64,000 nt of DNA, taken from contig JADGQO010000135.1 of NCBI GenBank assembly GCA_017881725.1, positions 65,807 to 129,806 of the forward strand, given 5' to 3'. Shown here piece after piece: positions 11,403 through 25,979 of the stretch. The DNA comes from Fibrobacteria bacterium (GTDB lineage Bacteria; Fibrobacterota; Fibrobacteria; UBA11236). The position numbers and the translations under genes are program-made. Each line of letters opens with the position of its first letter. Position 1 is the first letter of the stretch. The notes below the pieces were generated by a model. It did no database searches. It worked only from the letters and a program-made list of their open reading frames with translations, and was not told where the DNA came from.

Positions 11403-12398
11403 ATGATACCCATGTATCCCCTGCGATTTGATCCGATTTACCAATACCGGTTATGGGGCGGACGTCGTTTGGCGCATTTGCTTAAGGCGCCATTGCCGGG
11501 CGATGAACCCATCGGCGAAGCCTGGCTGTTGAGTGATCGTGAAGATCATTCCAGCCGCGTCGCTGCGGGACCGCTTAAGGGCCAAACCTTGGGCCAATTG
11601 CTGCGACAAATGCCGGAGCAATTGCTGGGAAAACCGGTCGGACATTTTCCCCGGTTTCCATTGCTGTTGAAGTTTTTGGATGCCCGCACCCTGCTCTCAG
11701 TTCAAGTGCACCTGTCGGATAGTCAAACCGACTATTTGCCGGCGGGCGAACTCGGAAAAACCGAAGCCTGGGTGGTGCTGGAGACGGGGCCTAAAAGCCG
11801 TATCTACGCAGGCTTGAAGCCAGGCGTGACCGTGGGCTTAATGCGGCGCGCGGTCGCAACCGGGTCGGTGGCGGATCATTTGGCGGGTTTCAAACCCAAT
11901 CCCGGCGACGCGGTTTTCCTGCCGGCCGGCACGGTACATTCGCTCTGCGATGTAGTGGTGTTCGAAGTGCAGGAAAACAGCGACGTGACTTTTCGCCTTT
12001 CTGACTGGGACCGCATCGATGCCAAAACCGGGAAGCCCCGGCCTCTGCAAGTGGATGCGGCGTTGGCCTGCCTGGATTTTTCGCAGGGCGCAATCGCAGC
12101 GGTGACGCCGGTGGTGGAAGAAACTCGGCCGATATTTCGCGAGAGACTTTTTGATTGTAAACATTTTGCCTTGCGGCGACTTCGCGCGGGATCTCCGTTT
12201 ACGGTCGGTGCTCCGAGCAGGCTGCGGATTCTGGTGTGTCTTTCCGGCGACGGTCAGGTGCAATATGGCGGGATCGATTACCCCATCGGCACCGGCGATA
12301 CGCTGCTCTTGCCGGCCGCGGTGGGCAAGTGCATGTGCCGACCGAATGCTTCCATCACCATGTTGGAAATTTCCCTTCCCGAAGAAAGCCATCCATGA
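11403..12398 (+). CDS. manA: Mannose-6-phosphate isomerase, type I (PMI)
   Basis: 'YPLRFDPIYQYRLWGG...GEAWLLSD' is the N-terminal type I PMI signature. The ORF track starts at 11313, but ATG 11403 (MIPMYPL) matches the homologous N-terminus. Confidence 0.8.
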   Translation: MIPMYPLRFDPIYQYRLWGGRRLAHLLKAPLPGDEPIGEAWLLSDREDHSSRVAAGPLKGQTLGQLLRQMPEQLLGKPVGHFPRFPLLLKFLDARTLLSVQVHLSDSQTDYLPAGELGKTEAWVVLETGPKSRIYAGLKPGVTVGLMRRAVATGSVADHLAGFKPNPGDAVFLPAGTVHSLCDVVVFEVQENSDVTFRLSDWDRIDAKTGKPRPLQVDAALACLDFSQGAIAAVTPVVEETRPIFRERLFDCKHFALRRLRAGSPFTVGAPSRLRILVCLSGDGQVQYGGIDYPIGTGDTLLLPAAVGKCMCRPNASITMLEISLPEESHP

Positions 12399-13177
12399 AG
12401 AAACTGATTGTGTTTGACCTGGACGGCACGCTGGCCGAAAGCAAATCATCCCTTGATGCCGAAATGGCCGCGCTGCTCAACATCTTGCTGGGCCTTACAC
12501 AGGTGGCCGTCATTTCCGGCGGCAATTGGCCGCAATTTGAAAAACAGGTGCTCGCCAACCTGGCGCATGATCAGCACCTGAAAAATCTTTCGCTGCTCCC
12601 CACTTGCGGAACGAAGTTTTACCGCAATGAATCGGATTGGAAATTGATTTACTCGGAAGATTTTACGGCGGATGAAAAAAGGAAAATCATCGCAGGTTTG
12701 GGAAAGGCGATGGACTTGCCGGGCATCAAGGCCGAAAAAAGTTGGGGAGAATTGGTGGAGGATAGGGGAAGCCAGATCACTTTCTCAGCGCTGGGACAGC
12801 AGGCGCCTCTAGAAGAAAAAAGGAAATGGGATCCGGATTTCGCCAAACGGAAGCGCATGAAAACCCAGCTGGATCAAACCATCCCCGAATTCTCCGTGCG
12901 ATTGGGCGGCATGACTTCCGTGGACGTCACCAAGCCCGGCATTGACAAAGCCTATGGCATCCGTAAACTCCGCGACATACTCGGCATCGCCATTGAGGAA
13001 ATGATTTTTGTCGGTGACGCATTGTTTCCCGGCGGCAACGACTATCCGGTCAAAGAAGCGGGCGCACTGAGCATCCAAGTCAAAGATCCGCATGAGTCGA
13101 AACGGGTGATTGAAGCCATCATTGCCTGTCTGGGCGATGCGCCACCGGTCGTATCGAAAGCGGAAAAGAAATCATGA
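12395..13177 (+). CDS. Eukaryotic-type phosphomannomutase (HAD-IIB, PMM family)
   Basis: 'VFDLDGTLAESKSSLDAEMAALL...VISGG...FEKQV' and the C-terminal 'FVGDALFPGGNDYPV' resemble human PMM2 ('LFDVDGTLTAPRQKITKEM...VVGGSDFEKVQEQL' and 'FFGDKTMPGGNDHEIF', recalled from memory). The ATG overlaps the manA stop (ATGA). The track ORF start at 12236 is a spurious upstream extension. Confidence 0.65.
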   Translation: MKKLIVFDLDGTLAESKSSLDAEMAALLNILLGLTQVAVISGGNWPQFEKQVLANLAHDQHLKNLSLLPTCGTKFYRNESDWKLIYSEDFTADEKRKIIAGLGKAMDLPGIKAEKSWGELVEDRGSQITFSALGQQAPLEEKRKWDPDFAKRKRMKTQLDQTIPEFSVRLGGMTSVDVTKPGIDKAYGIRKLRDILGIAIEEMIFVGDALFPGGNDYPVKEAGALSIQVKDPHESKRVIEAIIACLGDAPPVVSKAEKKS

Positions 13178-14331
13178 GTGATTTTCAATTGCAGCGCTTG
13201 GGTCAAATCATGGAGCCGAAGCCGGGCAATCCACAGGAGGTGGAAGGCGTTCTGAACCCGGCCGCCATGCGCGGCCCCGACGGTCACCTTTATTTGTTTC
13301 CCAGACTCGTCGCGCGGGGCAATTATTCGCGCATCGGAATCGCGCGGGTTATCTTCAACTCAGCAGGCGATCCCACCGGCGTGGAACGGCTCGGCATTGC
13401 GTTGGAGCCAGAAACCGAATACGAAAGGCTGCCGGATGGCGGCGGCGGATGCGAAGATCCACGCATCACCTTTGTCGCCCCGTTACGGCGTTATGTGATG
13501 ACCTATGCGGCGCTTTCCCGGCAAGGACCGCGTATCGCCCTGGCCATTTCCCAAGATTTGTTCCATTGGAAGCGGCTGGGACTCGCGACCTTCGCTCCTT
13601 TCGAAGGCATCGATTTCGTCCACGTGGACAACAAGGATGCCAGCGTTTTCCCCGTCGCCATTCCCAATCATGCCGGAAAAATGCAACTGGCCCTTTTGCA
13701 CCGACCGCTTTTCCCCGGCACGCGCCCCGAAGAAACCTCCTTTCAAAGCGAGTCCCGTGTTGTCGATCGCGATCATGAAAGCATCTGGATTTCCTACTGC
13801 CCCATGATTTTGGATGGTCATGGCCGGGATCGTCTCGGCCTGTTCAACTCGCATCACCGGCTCGCAACTCCGGTGTCGCCTTGGGAGCGGCTCAAGATAG
13901 GCGGCGGCACTCCGCCCATCATGACCCGGCACGGCTGGTTGATTCTGTATCATGGCGTGAGAAAAATGGCGGAGCCGGACCCGCGCGGATGCCAACTCTG
14001 CTACTCAGCGGGAGTTATGGTGCTTGACCCGGAGCATCCGCGCATCATCCACTACCGTTCGACGGATCCAGTGTTGACACCGATGTTACCCCAGGAACGC
14101 AACGGCACCATCGCCAACGTCGTTTTTCCTACGGGAATCGATCGGCGCGATGATCTCGGGTTGCCGGATCGCTTCGACGTCTACTATGGAATGGCCGATA
14201 ACCGCATCGGCGCGGTGCGCCTGGATGTGCCGGATATTCTGCCGCCGGGTAACGCGGCCGATACGGCGGCATCGGGTTCAAACGCGCCTATCTTTGGAAA
14301 TTCCAAACCTCGCAACCCTGAAAGAAAATAA
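13174..14331 (+). CDS. GH130-family beta-mannoside phosphorylase / glycosidase (DUF377)
   Basis: 385 aa. 'VLNPAAMRGPDGHLYLFPRLV', 'CEDPRI' and 'YYGMADNRIGAV' fit the GH130 five-bladed propeller phosphorylases. Its start overlaps the PMM stop. Confidence 0.8.
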   Translation: MSDFQLQRLGQIMEPKPGNPQEVEGVLNPAAMRGPDGHLYLFPRLVARGNYSRIGIARVIFNSAGDPTGVERLGIALEPETEYERLPDGGGGCEDPRITFVAPLRRYVMTYAALSRQGPRIALAISQDLFHWKRLGLATFAPFEGIDFVHVDNKDASVFPVAIPNHAGKMQLALLHRPLFPGTRPEETSFQSESRVVDRDHESIWISYCPMILDGHGRDRLGLFNSHHRLATPVSPWERLKIGGGTPPIMTRHGWLILYHGVRKMAEPDPRGCQLCYSAGVMVLDPEHPRIIHYRSTDPVLTPMLPQERNGTIANVVFPTGIDRRDDLGLPDRFDVYYGMADNRIGAVRLDVPDILPPGNAADTAASGSNAPIFGNSKPRNPERK

Positions 14332-14617
14332 ACCAAGGAGAAATCATGCCCATTCAAATTCAGGAAGAAATCAATGGCAAAGCGAAATAGACGATTCGAT
14401 ACTTCGATCACACGGATACAATTGCCGCCAGGAAGTGGTTGTTTGACGCCCTGCGAATTGCGCCCCGTATGAGTCCCATGGAATGGAATTCCCCGAAATG
14501 AAGATCGCTAGGGCTGCCAATATTTTTCAGCGAAGTTGGGTTGGCTGCGATAGTCCTGAAAACGTATTTCAACCATGGAATCAGTCCGAGCAACCATAGT
14601 CACTAAAGGACAATCGA

Positions 14618-16933
<2,316 letters not shown>

Positions 16934-16941
<8 letters not shown>

Positions 16942-17269
16942 GGAGACAAAAGGAAAGTCCGACAGCGGGGACGGGTTTGGGGAGCGGGTGGGGGCCAAGG
17001 CCGATCGCTTGCTTAAGGTGAAACGGCATCCGCCTCAGGGAGTCTGGTTTGGACTGGGCATGATGGGCCTGATCGGCTGGTCGGTGGTGATCCCCACCGT
17101 AACCGGTGCGTTACTGGGGTTGTGGCTGGACGCGCGCCATCCCGGCAGCCATTCCTGGACCTTGGCGCTTTTGATGGCCGGTCTGGTGCTGGGATGCGGC
17201 AATGCCTGGCGCTGGGTCGCGAAAGAGGAAAAAGCGATGCGACGGGAACAGGAGGGCGACGATGCATGA
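16934..17269 (+). CDS. atpQ: N-ATPase accessory membrane protein AtpQ (AtpZ/AtpI-like)
   Basis: 111 aa with two hydrophobic helices ('VWFGLGMMGLIGWSVVIPTVTGALLGLWLD'). Its position after atpC matches the N-ATPase operon layout. Confidence 0.5.
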
Positions 17270-17597
17270 GGCCATGAACCGAATAACGACGGGCCTGGCG
17301 GGTCTGGCTGGTTTGGGAATAGGCACAGTCTTCTTCGGCGGCTTGTGGTGGACTGTGCGCCAAGGGGTAACCTCCAAGCGACCGGCGCTTCTTTTCACGG
17401 GCAGCATGGTGGCGCGTATGGGGTTCGCCCTGACCGGATTCTATTTCGTCTCGGCTCACCATTGGGAACGCGCGGTAGCCTGCCTGATCGGCTTTGTCGC
17501 GGCGCGCATGGCCGTGCGCATGACCGTGGAGAAGCTGGCGGGACCGAAATCGGAGCCCCAATCGGCCGAGACCCGGGAGGCCGGGAGTGCGGCTTAG
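17262..17597 (+). CDS. atpR: N-ATPase membrane protein AtpR (conserved intramembrane Arg)
   Basis: Start is MHEAMNRITTG at ATG 17262. It has two TM helices with Arg in 'SMVARMGFALTGF'. It is positioned before atpB, as in N-ATPase operons. Confidence 0.5.
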   Translation: MHEAMNRITTGLAGLAGLGIGTVFFGGLWWTVRQGVTSKRPALLFTGSMVARMGFALTGFYFVSAHHWERAVACLIGFVAARMAVRMTVEKLAGPKSEPQSAETREAGSAA

Positions 17598-18282
17598 CGC
17601 AGATGAATTGGTCTTTTGGAGGCATGGCTTCATCAAGGTCAATGCGACCATCGCCTATACCTGGGGACTGATGATCCTGATGGCCTTGGGCGCCAAACTC
17701 ATCACCCGTAACCTGTCGAAGGATCTCAAGCGATCGCGCTGGCAAAACCTTCTTGAGATCCTGGTCACGGCAATTGGGAAGCAGATCGGTGAAATCGGTT
17801 TGCGCGATCCGGGCAAGTACCTGGGCTTTCTGGGCACTCTTTTCCTGTTTATCGCCATGGCCAATATCTGCACCATCCTACCCGGATATGAACCTCCCAC
17901 GGGTTCGCTCTCGACTACAGCGGCCCTGGCCCTCTGCGTCTTCGTGGCCGTGCCCTATTATGGAATTACGGACCGTGGTTTGGGCGGCTACCTCAAGTCC
18001 TATCTGGAGCCGACTCCCATCATGCTACCGCTCAATATCATCAGCGAGCTTTCCCGCACCTTGGCCATGGCCGTCCGCCTGTTCGGCAATATGATGAGCG
18101 GCGCCATGATCATCGCGATTCTTTTGACCATCACGCCTTTTCTTTTCCCCATTGTCATGACCGCGCTGGGCCTGCTCACGGGAATGGTGCAGGCCTATAT
18201 CTTCAGCATCCTGGCCGCAGTGTACATCGCCGCCGCCACCCGCCCTGTTACTGAACAAAAACCGGAACGAAAACCGAAATGA
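17587..18282 (+). CDS. atpB: N-ATPase Fo subunit a
   Basis: 231 aa. 'LAMAVRLFGNMMSG' contains the essential Arg of subunit a. Confidence 0.85.
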   Translation: MRLSADELVFWRHGFIKVNATIAYTWGLMILMALGAKLITRNLSKDLKRSRWQNLLEILVTAIGKQIGEIGLRDPGKYLGFLGTLFLFIAMANICTILPGYEPPTGSLSTTAALALCVFVAVPYYGITDRGLGGYLKSYLEPTPIMLPLNIISELSRTLAMAVRLFGNMMSGAMIIAILLTITPFLFPIVMTALGLLTGMVQAYIFSILAAVYIAAATRPVTEQKPERKPK

Positions 18283-18297
18283 CCCAAGGAACCTGAT

Positions 18298-18579
18298 ATG
18301 GACTATACCAGCCTCATCGCCATCGCCTCCATCATCACCGCCGGATTCACGACCAGCATCGGATGCATCGCACCCGCCCTGGGGGAAGGGCGATCGGTCG
18401 CGACCGCCTTGACCGCGCTCGCCCAGCAGCCGGACGCCTCCGCCACCATTACGCGGACCTTGTTCATCGGACTCGCCATGATCGAGTCCACGGCCATCTA
18501 TTCCTTTGTGGTCTCCATGATCCTCATCTTCGCGAACCCGTTCTGGAACCATGTCATCGCTCAGGCCGCGGGGAAGTGA
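18298..18579 (+). CDS. atpE: N-ATPase Fo subunit c with complete Na+-binding ligand set
   Basis: 93 aa. Helix 1 has 'ALAQQPD' (Gln); helix 2 has 'GLAMIESTAIYSF' (Glu-Ser-Thr...Tyr). This is the Q...ESTxxY pattern of Na+-translocating c-rings such as Ilyobacter tartaricus. Confidence 0.85.
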   Translation: MDYTSLIAIASIITAGFTTSIGCIAPALGEGRSVATALTALAQQPDASATITRTLFIGLAMIESTAIYSFVVSMILIFANPFWNHVIAQAAGK

Positions 18580-18582
18580 TCC

Positions 18583-19407
18583 ATGCTCATCGACTGGTTC
18601 ACCGTCGGCGCCCAGGCGTTGAACTTTATCATCCTAGTCTGGCTGATGAAGCATTTTCTGTATAAGCCAATTCTCAATGCCATCGACGCCCGCGAGCAGC
18701 GCATCGCGAAGGAGATCGCGGATGCCGATGCCAAGAAGGCGGAAGCCTCGAAGGAGCAGGAAGAGTTCCGGAAAAAGAACGAGACCTTCGACAAGGAACG
18801 CACCGACCGGTGGGCCAAGGCCGGCGAAGAGGCGAAAACCGAAGGCGCAAGGCTCCTCACCGAGGCCCGTAAAGTCGCCGATGCCTTGAGCGCCAAGCGC
18901 CGCGAAAGCCTGGCGAGCGATGCCCGCAATCTCAACGACGCCATTCTGCGGAAAACCCAACAGGAGGTTTTCGCCATCGCGCGGAAAGCGCTGGGGGATC
19001 TCGCCTCCACCGGATTGGAGCAAAGCCTGGCAGGGGTTTTCATCCGCAAGTTGGGTGAGATGGACGCCCCGTCCAAAGAAATTTTCGGCGCGGCCCTTAA
19101 GTCCTCTGACTCTCCGGCCGTGGTCAGGAGCGCCTTTGATCTGCCACAAGATGCGCGCGATGCCGTCCAGAAGGCCCTTAATGAAACTTTTTCGACCGAG
19201 GTCCGCCTCAGCTTTGTGACCGCGCCGGATTCGATTGGCGGCATCGAACTCGCGGCCAATGGCCAGAAGGTATCGTGGAGCATCGCGAATTACCTGGGCT
19301 CTCTGGAATCGGCCGTGAGCGAACTCGCGGATCCCAAAGCCAAGGCCACGCCCGCAACAACGGCTGCGCCCGCAACGATCGGAGCATCCGATGGAAGCCA
19401 TGCCTGA
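18583..19407 (+). CDS. atpF: N-ATPase Fo subunit b (long, 274 aa; no separate delta gene in operon)
   Basis: An N-terminal TM helix is followed by a long charged coiled-coil '[28 protein letters not shown]'. Confidence 0.7.
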   Translation: MLIDWFTVGAQALNFIILVWLMKHFLYKPILNAIDAREQRIAKEIADADAKKAEASKEQEEFRKKNETFDKERTDRWAKAGEEAKTEGARLLTEARKVADALSAKRRESLASDARNLNDAILRKTQQEVFAIARKALGDLASTGLEQSLAGVFIRKLGEMDAPSKEIFGAALKSSDSPAVVRSAFDLPQDARDAVQKALNETFSTEVRLSFVTAPDSIGGIELAANGQKVSWSIANYLGSLESAVSELADPKAKATPATTAAPATIGASDGSHA

Positions 19408-21064
19408 AAACCTGGAAGGCGCCGTCGACCGGGCCCTCGCTGGCCTGAGGCAAATCCGCGAAAACTTTCGGCCGCAGATCATTCCCCATGAGGTGGGCCT
19501 GATCGCATCGGTATCGACAGGTATCGCCAAGGTTACGGGGTTGCCGGGCGTGGGTTACGAAGAACTTATCCGATTCCCGGGCGGGGTCTCCGGCATCGCC
19601 TTCAATGTGGACGAAAACGAAATCGGCGTTGTGTTGCTTGGCGAATACTGGCACCTCCAGGCCGGCGATGAGGTGGAACGTACGGGGCGCGTCATGGACG
19701 TCCCCGTGGGCGACGGGCTGCTTGGCCGCGTACTCGATCCGCTCGGACGGCCGCTGGATAACCATGGTCCAGTCGCTTCGCAGGGAAGGCTGCCCATCGA
19801 AAGGCCGGCGGCGGCCATCATGGATCGTGCGCCGGTCACAGTGCCGCTGCAAACGGGACTCAAGGTGATCGATGCGCTCATTCCCATTGGGCGCGGGCAG
19901 CGCGAATTGATTCTCGGGGACCGGCAAACCGGCAAGACCGCCATCGCGCTCGACACCATTCTCAACCAAAAGGGCAAGAACGTTCTCTGCGTCTACTGCG
20001 CCATCGGCCAGCGCGCCTCGGCCGTGGCCAAGGCGGTTGCGGTCCTCCAGGAAAAAGGCGCGATGGAATATACGGTGGTGGTCGTATCGGAAGGCAACGA
20101 TCCTCCCGGGCTCGCTTATATCGCCCCCTATGCCGCAACCAGCATCGCCGAGCATTTCATGGAGACTGGCCGCGACGTGCTCATCGTCTATGATGATCTC
20201 ACCCAACATGCGCGCGCTTACCGCGAATTATCCCTGCTGCTCCGCCGCCCGCCCGGCCGTGAAGCCTTTCCCGGGGACATCTTCTATATCCATTCCCGCA
20301 TGCTCGAACGCGCCACCCACTTGGGCAAGGAGCATGGCGGCGGTTCGTTGACCGCCCTGCCCATCATCGAAACCGAGGCGCAAAACATCTCCGCCTATAT
20401 TCCCACCAATCTGATTTCGATTACCGACGGACAGATCTACCTGTCGCCGAGCCTGTTCGAGTTGGGCGTATTGCCCGCCGTGGACGTTGGCAAATCCGTT
20501 TCCCGCGTGGGCGGCAAGGCGCAGCGGGCCGCCTATCGGGCCGTTGCCGGCGATCTCAAATTGGCCTATGCGCAATTCGAAGAGCTGGAAACCTTCGCAC
20601 GTTTCGGCGCGCGTCTGGACGATGACACGCGCAAGAAGCTGGAGCACGGTCGTCGCATCCGCTCCTGCCTCAAACAATCAGAATTCTCCCCCGTCTCTGT
20701 ACCCGCGCAGATCATGGTCCTCCTGGCTTTGACCGGCGGCCTGTTTGATCCGGTCCCGATGGAGAAAATGAAAGAGGCGGAAAAGGCCGTCCAGGCTGCT
20801 GCGACGGATATCCCGCAGGAAATCGTAACCCGCTTCGAAGCCACGGCGAAACTGGCCGACGACGATCGGAAAGCCATCCTCGCCATTGCCGATAAGACCC
20901 TGACGCCCTTCCGGCCCAAGCCCAATCCGGATGACAAGGACAAAGCAAAGGTCGATAAAAAAGTAGCCTCCAATACCGATGCGAAGGCCGACTTGAACCA
21001 TGAGGCGAAGTCCGAAGCAAAGACCACGGCCAAACCTAGTCCGGTAAACGAGGCGGCCGCTTGA
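19391..21064 (+). CDS. atpA: N-ATPase F1 alpha subunit with about 45-aa Lys/Asp/Ala-rich C-terminal tail
   Basis: Walker A '[11 protein letters not shown]'. The C-terminus is '...[47 protein letters not shown]'. Confidence 0.95.
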   Translation: MEAMPENLEGAVDRALAGLRQIRENFRPQIIPHEVGLIASVSTGIAKVTGLPGVGYEELIRFPGGVSGIAFNVDENEIGVVLLGEYWHLQAGDEVERTGRVMDVPVGDGLLGRVLDPLGRPLDNHGPVASQGRLPIERPAAAIMDRAPVTVPLQTGLKVIDALIPIGRGQRELILGDRQTGKTAIALDTILNQKGKNVLCVYCAIGQRASAVAKAVAVLQEKGAMEYTVVVVSEGNDPPGLAYIAPYAATSIAEHFMETGRDVLIVYDDLTQHARAYRELSLLLRRPPGREAFPGDIFYIHSRMLERATHLGKEHGGGSLTALPIIETEAQNISAYIPTNLISITDGQIYLSPSLFELGVLPAVDVGKSVSRVGGKAQRAAYRAVAGDLKLAYAQFEELETFARFGARLDDDTRKKLEHGRRIRSCLKQSEFSPVSVPAQIMVLLALTGGLFDPVPMEKMKEAEKAVQAAATDIPQEIVTRFEATAKLADDDRKAILAIADKTLTPFRPKPNPDDKDKAKVDKKVASNTDAKADLNHEAKSEAKTTAKPSPVNEAAA

Positions 21065-21951
21065 GCGAGAACACCGAAAGCCTGCGCCGCAAGATGGCCA
21101 GCGCCGGCGATCTTCAATCCGTTGTCCGCACCATGAAAGCCCTGGCGGCCTCCAGCATCGGTCAGTACGAAAAATCCGTTCAAGCCCTCTCCGAATATTA
21201 TCGAACCGTGGAACTCGGCTTGGCCGTATGCTTCCGGGAAATCCAATCCACCACGCCGGACCCGGCAAGGAAACCGCACGCGGATACGGGCGCCATAGGC
21301 GCAATTGTTTTCGGGTCCGATCAGGGATTGGTAGGTCAATTCAACGAAGTGGTGGCCGACTATGCCATCAAGGCCATCCACGCGCTGGGAACGAAGTCCG
21401 GTAAGCTTCAGGTGTGGGCCGTGGGTGAAAGGGTCCATTCCCATTTAGCCGAAGCGGGGCTTCCCATAGCGGGCCTGTTCGCTGTGCCCACTTCTGTTGC
21501 GGCCATTATTCCCTTGGTCGGGAAAATCCAAATCGCAAGCGAATCCCGACGCGGAACTGACGATACGGCGCGCGTTTTCGTCTTCCACAACCGTCCGCAA
21601 GCCGGCGGCCAATATGAGCCCTTCAGCCAACGTTTATTGCCGCTGGATTCCGAATGGCAACGGGGATTGGCCGATATCAAATGGCCCGTTAAAACGGCGC
21701 CGCAAGTCTTGGCCGGTGCGGCCCCGACCTTGATCTCCCTGGTGCGCGAATATCTGTTCATCTCCCTCTTCCGAGCCTGCGCGGAATCCCTAGCGAGTGA
21801 AAATGCGAGCCGCCTTTCGGCCATGGAACGGGCGGAAAAGAATATCGGGGAATTACTGGAACAGTTGCATGGCACCTTCAACCAACTCCGGCAGAGCGGC
21901 ATCGATGAGGAATTGTTCGACGTGATCTCCGGATTCGAGGCAATGTCGTAA
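21061..21951 (+). CDS. atpG: N-ATPase F1 gamma subunit
   Basis: 296 aa with a gamma-subunit N-terminal helix '[25 protein letters not shown]' and a C-terminal helix. Its start overlaps the atpA stop. Confidence 0.85.
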   Translation: MSENTESLRRKMASAGDLQSVVRTMKALAASSIGQYEKSVQALSEYYRTVELGLAVCFREIQSTTPDPARKPHADTGAIGAIVFGSDQGLVGQFNEVVADYAIKAIHALGTKSGKLQVWAVGERVHSHLAEAGLPIAGLFAVPTSVAAIIPLVGKIQIASESRRGTDDTARVFVFHNRPQAGGQYEPFSQRLLPLDSEWQRGLADIKWPVKTAPQVLAGAAPTLISLVREYLFISLFRACAESLASENASRLSAMERAEKNIGELLEQLHGTFNQLRQSGIDEELFDVISGFEAMS

Positions 21952-22149
21952 GCCAAACATTAAAACTGACATGCTAGGTCGTCGATATTATAACCGAGAT
22001 GGTAAAAGAGCTTTGACTCTTGCTAGATTTTCCCCCGAGGTGCGGACACTTGCTGCGGACACCCAGGGAGGATCGGCGGTACACGAGGCTAAAAAGTAAG
22101 CGCGACGGGAAGAATCGAGTCGGGCGAAAATGGCGAAATCCTTAAAGAA

Positions 22150-22186
22150 AACCAATAAAAAAAGCCCCCCATCACTGGGAGGCTTT
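22150..22186 (-). terminator. Rho-independent terminator hairpin (bidirectional: downstream of tRNA-Gly on the minus strand, and about 200 nt downstream of atpG on the plus strand)
   Basis: On the plus strand, AAAAAAAGCCCCCCATCACTGGGAGGCTTTTGG. On the minus strand, a GC stem followed by TTTTTTTATT. Confidence 0.6.
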
Positions 22187-22262
22187 TGGAGCGGGTTAAG
22201 AGACTCGAACCCTCGACCTTCTCCTTGGCAAGGAGATGCTCTACCAACTGAGCTAAACCCGC
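22187..22262 (-). tRNA. tRNA-Gly (anticodon GCC), CCA encoded
   Basis: The reverse complement reads GCGGGTT-TA-GCTC-AGTTGGTA-GAGC-A-TCTCC-TTGCCAA-GGAGA-AGGTC-GAGGG-TTCGAGT-CTCTT-AACCCGC-T-CCA. This is a cloverleaf with U8, A9, a GTTCGAGT T-loop and anticodon loop TT-GCC-AA. The T-stem contains two G-U pairs. Confidence 0.8.
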
Positions 22263-22346
22263 TAGATTCTTAGAGTTATCGAAAGCAAGCTTTCAATCAC
22301 CCCTTTGAAAAGAGCCCTATAAGTTTAAAAAAAGGCCTATTCGTCG

Positions 22347-25368
<3,022 letters not shown>

Positions 25369-25395
25369 GCGCCGATTTTCAGGGGTTAAGTCCGG

Positions 25396-25968
25396 TTACT
25401 GCGGATCGCGGGGAGGGGCATTGGAATCGTCTCCCAAATGTTTTCCCGGCCAGGAGAATAATTTTTGCAGCATCATGTCCCGGTATTTCGCCACTTGGGC
25501 GGGCATATTGACCGTTACCGTTGCATGGACGGCATAGGGCACGACCACGGCTCCCAGCCAGGTTTGCAAATAGGCGTCGGCCGTCACCTGGAATTGCGCG
25601 GCGGTATCGGACCAGATATTCGCAGGCAATTGCTTCCAGGCGGCATTGGGAAGATCGAGAAGCGTCGAAACCATTTGCGAGTCCCCGGCGGCGATGGTCA
25701 CGGCATTGGGATTCCAACCGGACAGAAGGGTATCCGAGGCGTGCAGGATGGCGAAGTGCATCTTGACGAGGTCGACGGATTTCACGTTGGGATTGTAGAT
25801 CGAAAAATCCAATTGCCAATGGGTCTGACTCCCCTCCATGCCCGTGAAGGCGAGATTCTTGAATTGGTAACGGCAACCTTTCAGAGTCTTCGCGGGATTG
25901 ACCGCGCATCCGGTCCAGAGCAAAACCAACAGGATTGCATTGACTTTTCGCAGCATGGCGAATAACAT
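25396..25968 (-). CDS. Lipoprotein, LEA_2 (LEA14/WHy-like) family
   Basis: Signal peptide 'MLFAMLRKVNAILLVLLWTGC' with a lipobox Cys. 'FSIYNPNVKSVDL' is the NPN motif typical of the LEA_2 fold. The track ORF from 26079 is an upstream extension. Confidence 0.5.
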   Translation of the reverse strand: MLFAMLRKVNAILLVLLWTGCAVNPAKTLKGCRYQFKNLAFTGMEGSQTHWQLDFSIYNPNVKSVDLVKMHFAILHASDTLLSGWNPNAVTIAAGDSQMVSTLLDLPNAAWKQLPANIWSDTAAQFQVTADAYLQTWLGAVVVPYAVHATVTVNMPAQVAKYRDMMLQKLFSWPGKHLGDDSNAPPRDPQ

Positions 25969-25979
25969 ACTCAAATACC

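Noticed and set aside
12236-12394. Upstream extension of the PMM ORF
   Set aside because: It overlaps the 3' end of manA in another frame. Homology to PMM begins at MKKLIVFDLDGTL.
18561-21444. Several 200-330-aa minus-strand ORFs (18561-19283, 18634-19530, 19208-20209, 20566-21444, 20678-21304)
   Set aside because: All are antisense to atpF, atpA and atpG, whose sense-strand identities are unambiguous.
21952-22140. Promoter-like TTGACT...TAGATT in the atpG downstream spacer
   Set aside because: Spacing between the hexamers is only about 5 bp, which is incompatible with a sigma70 promoter.
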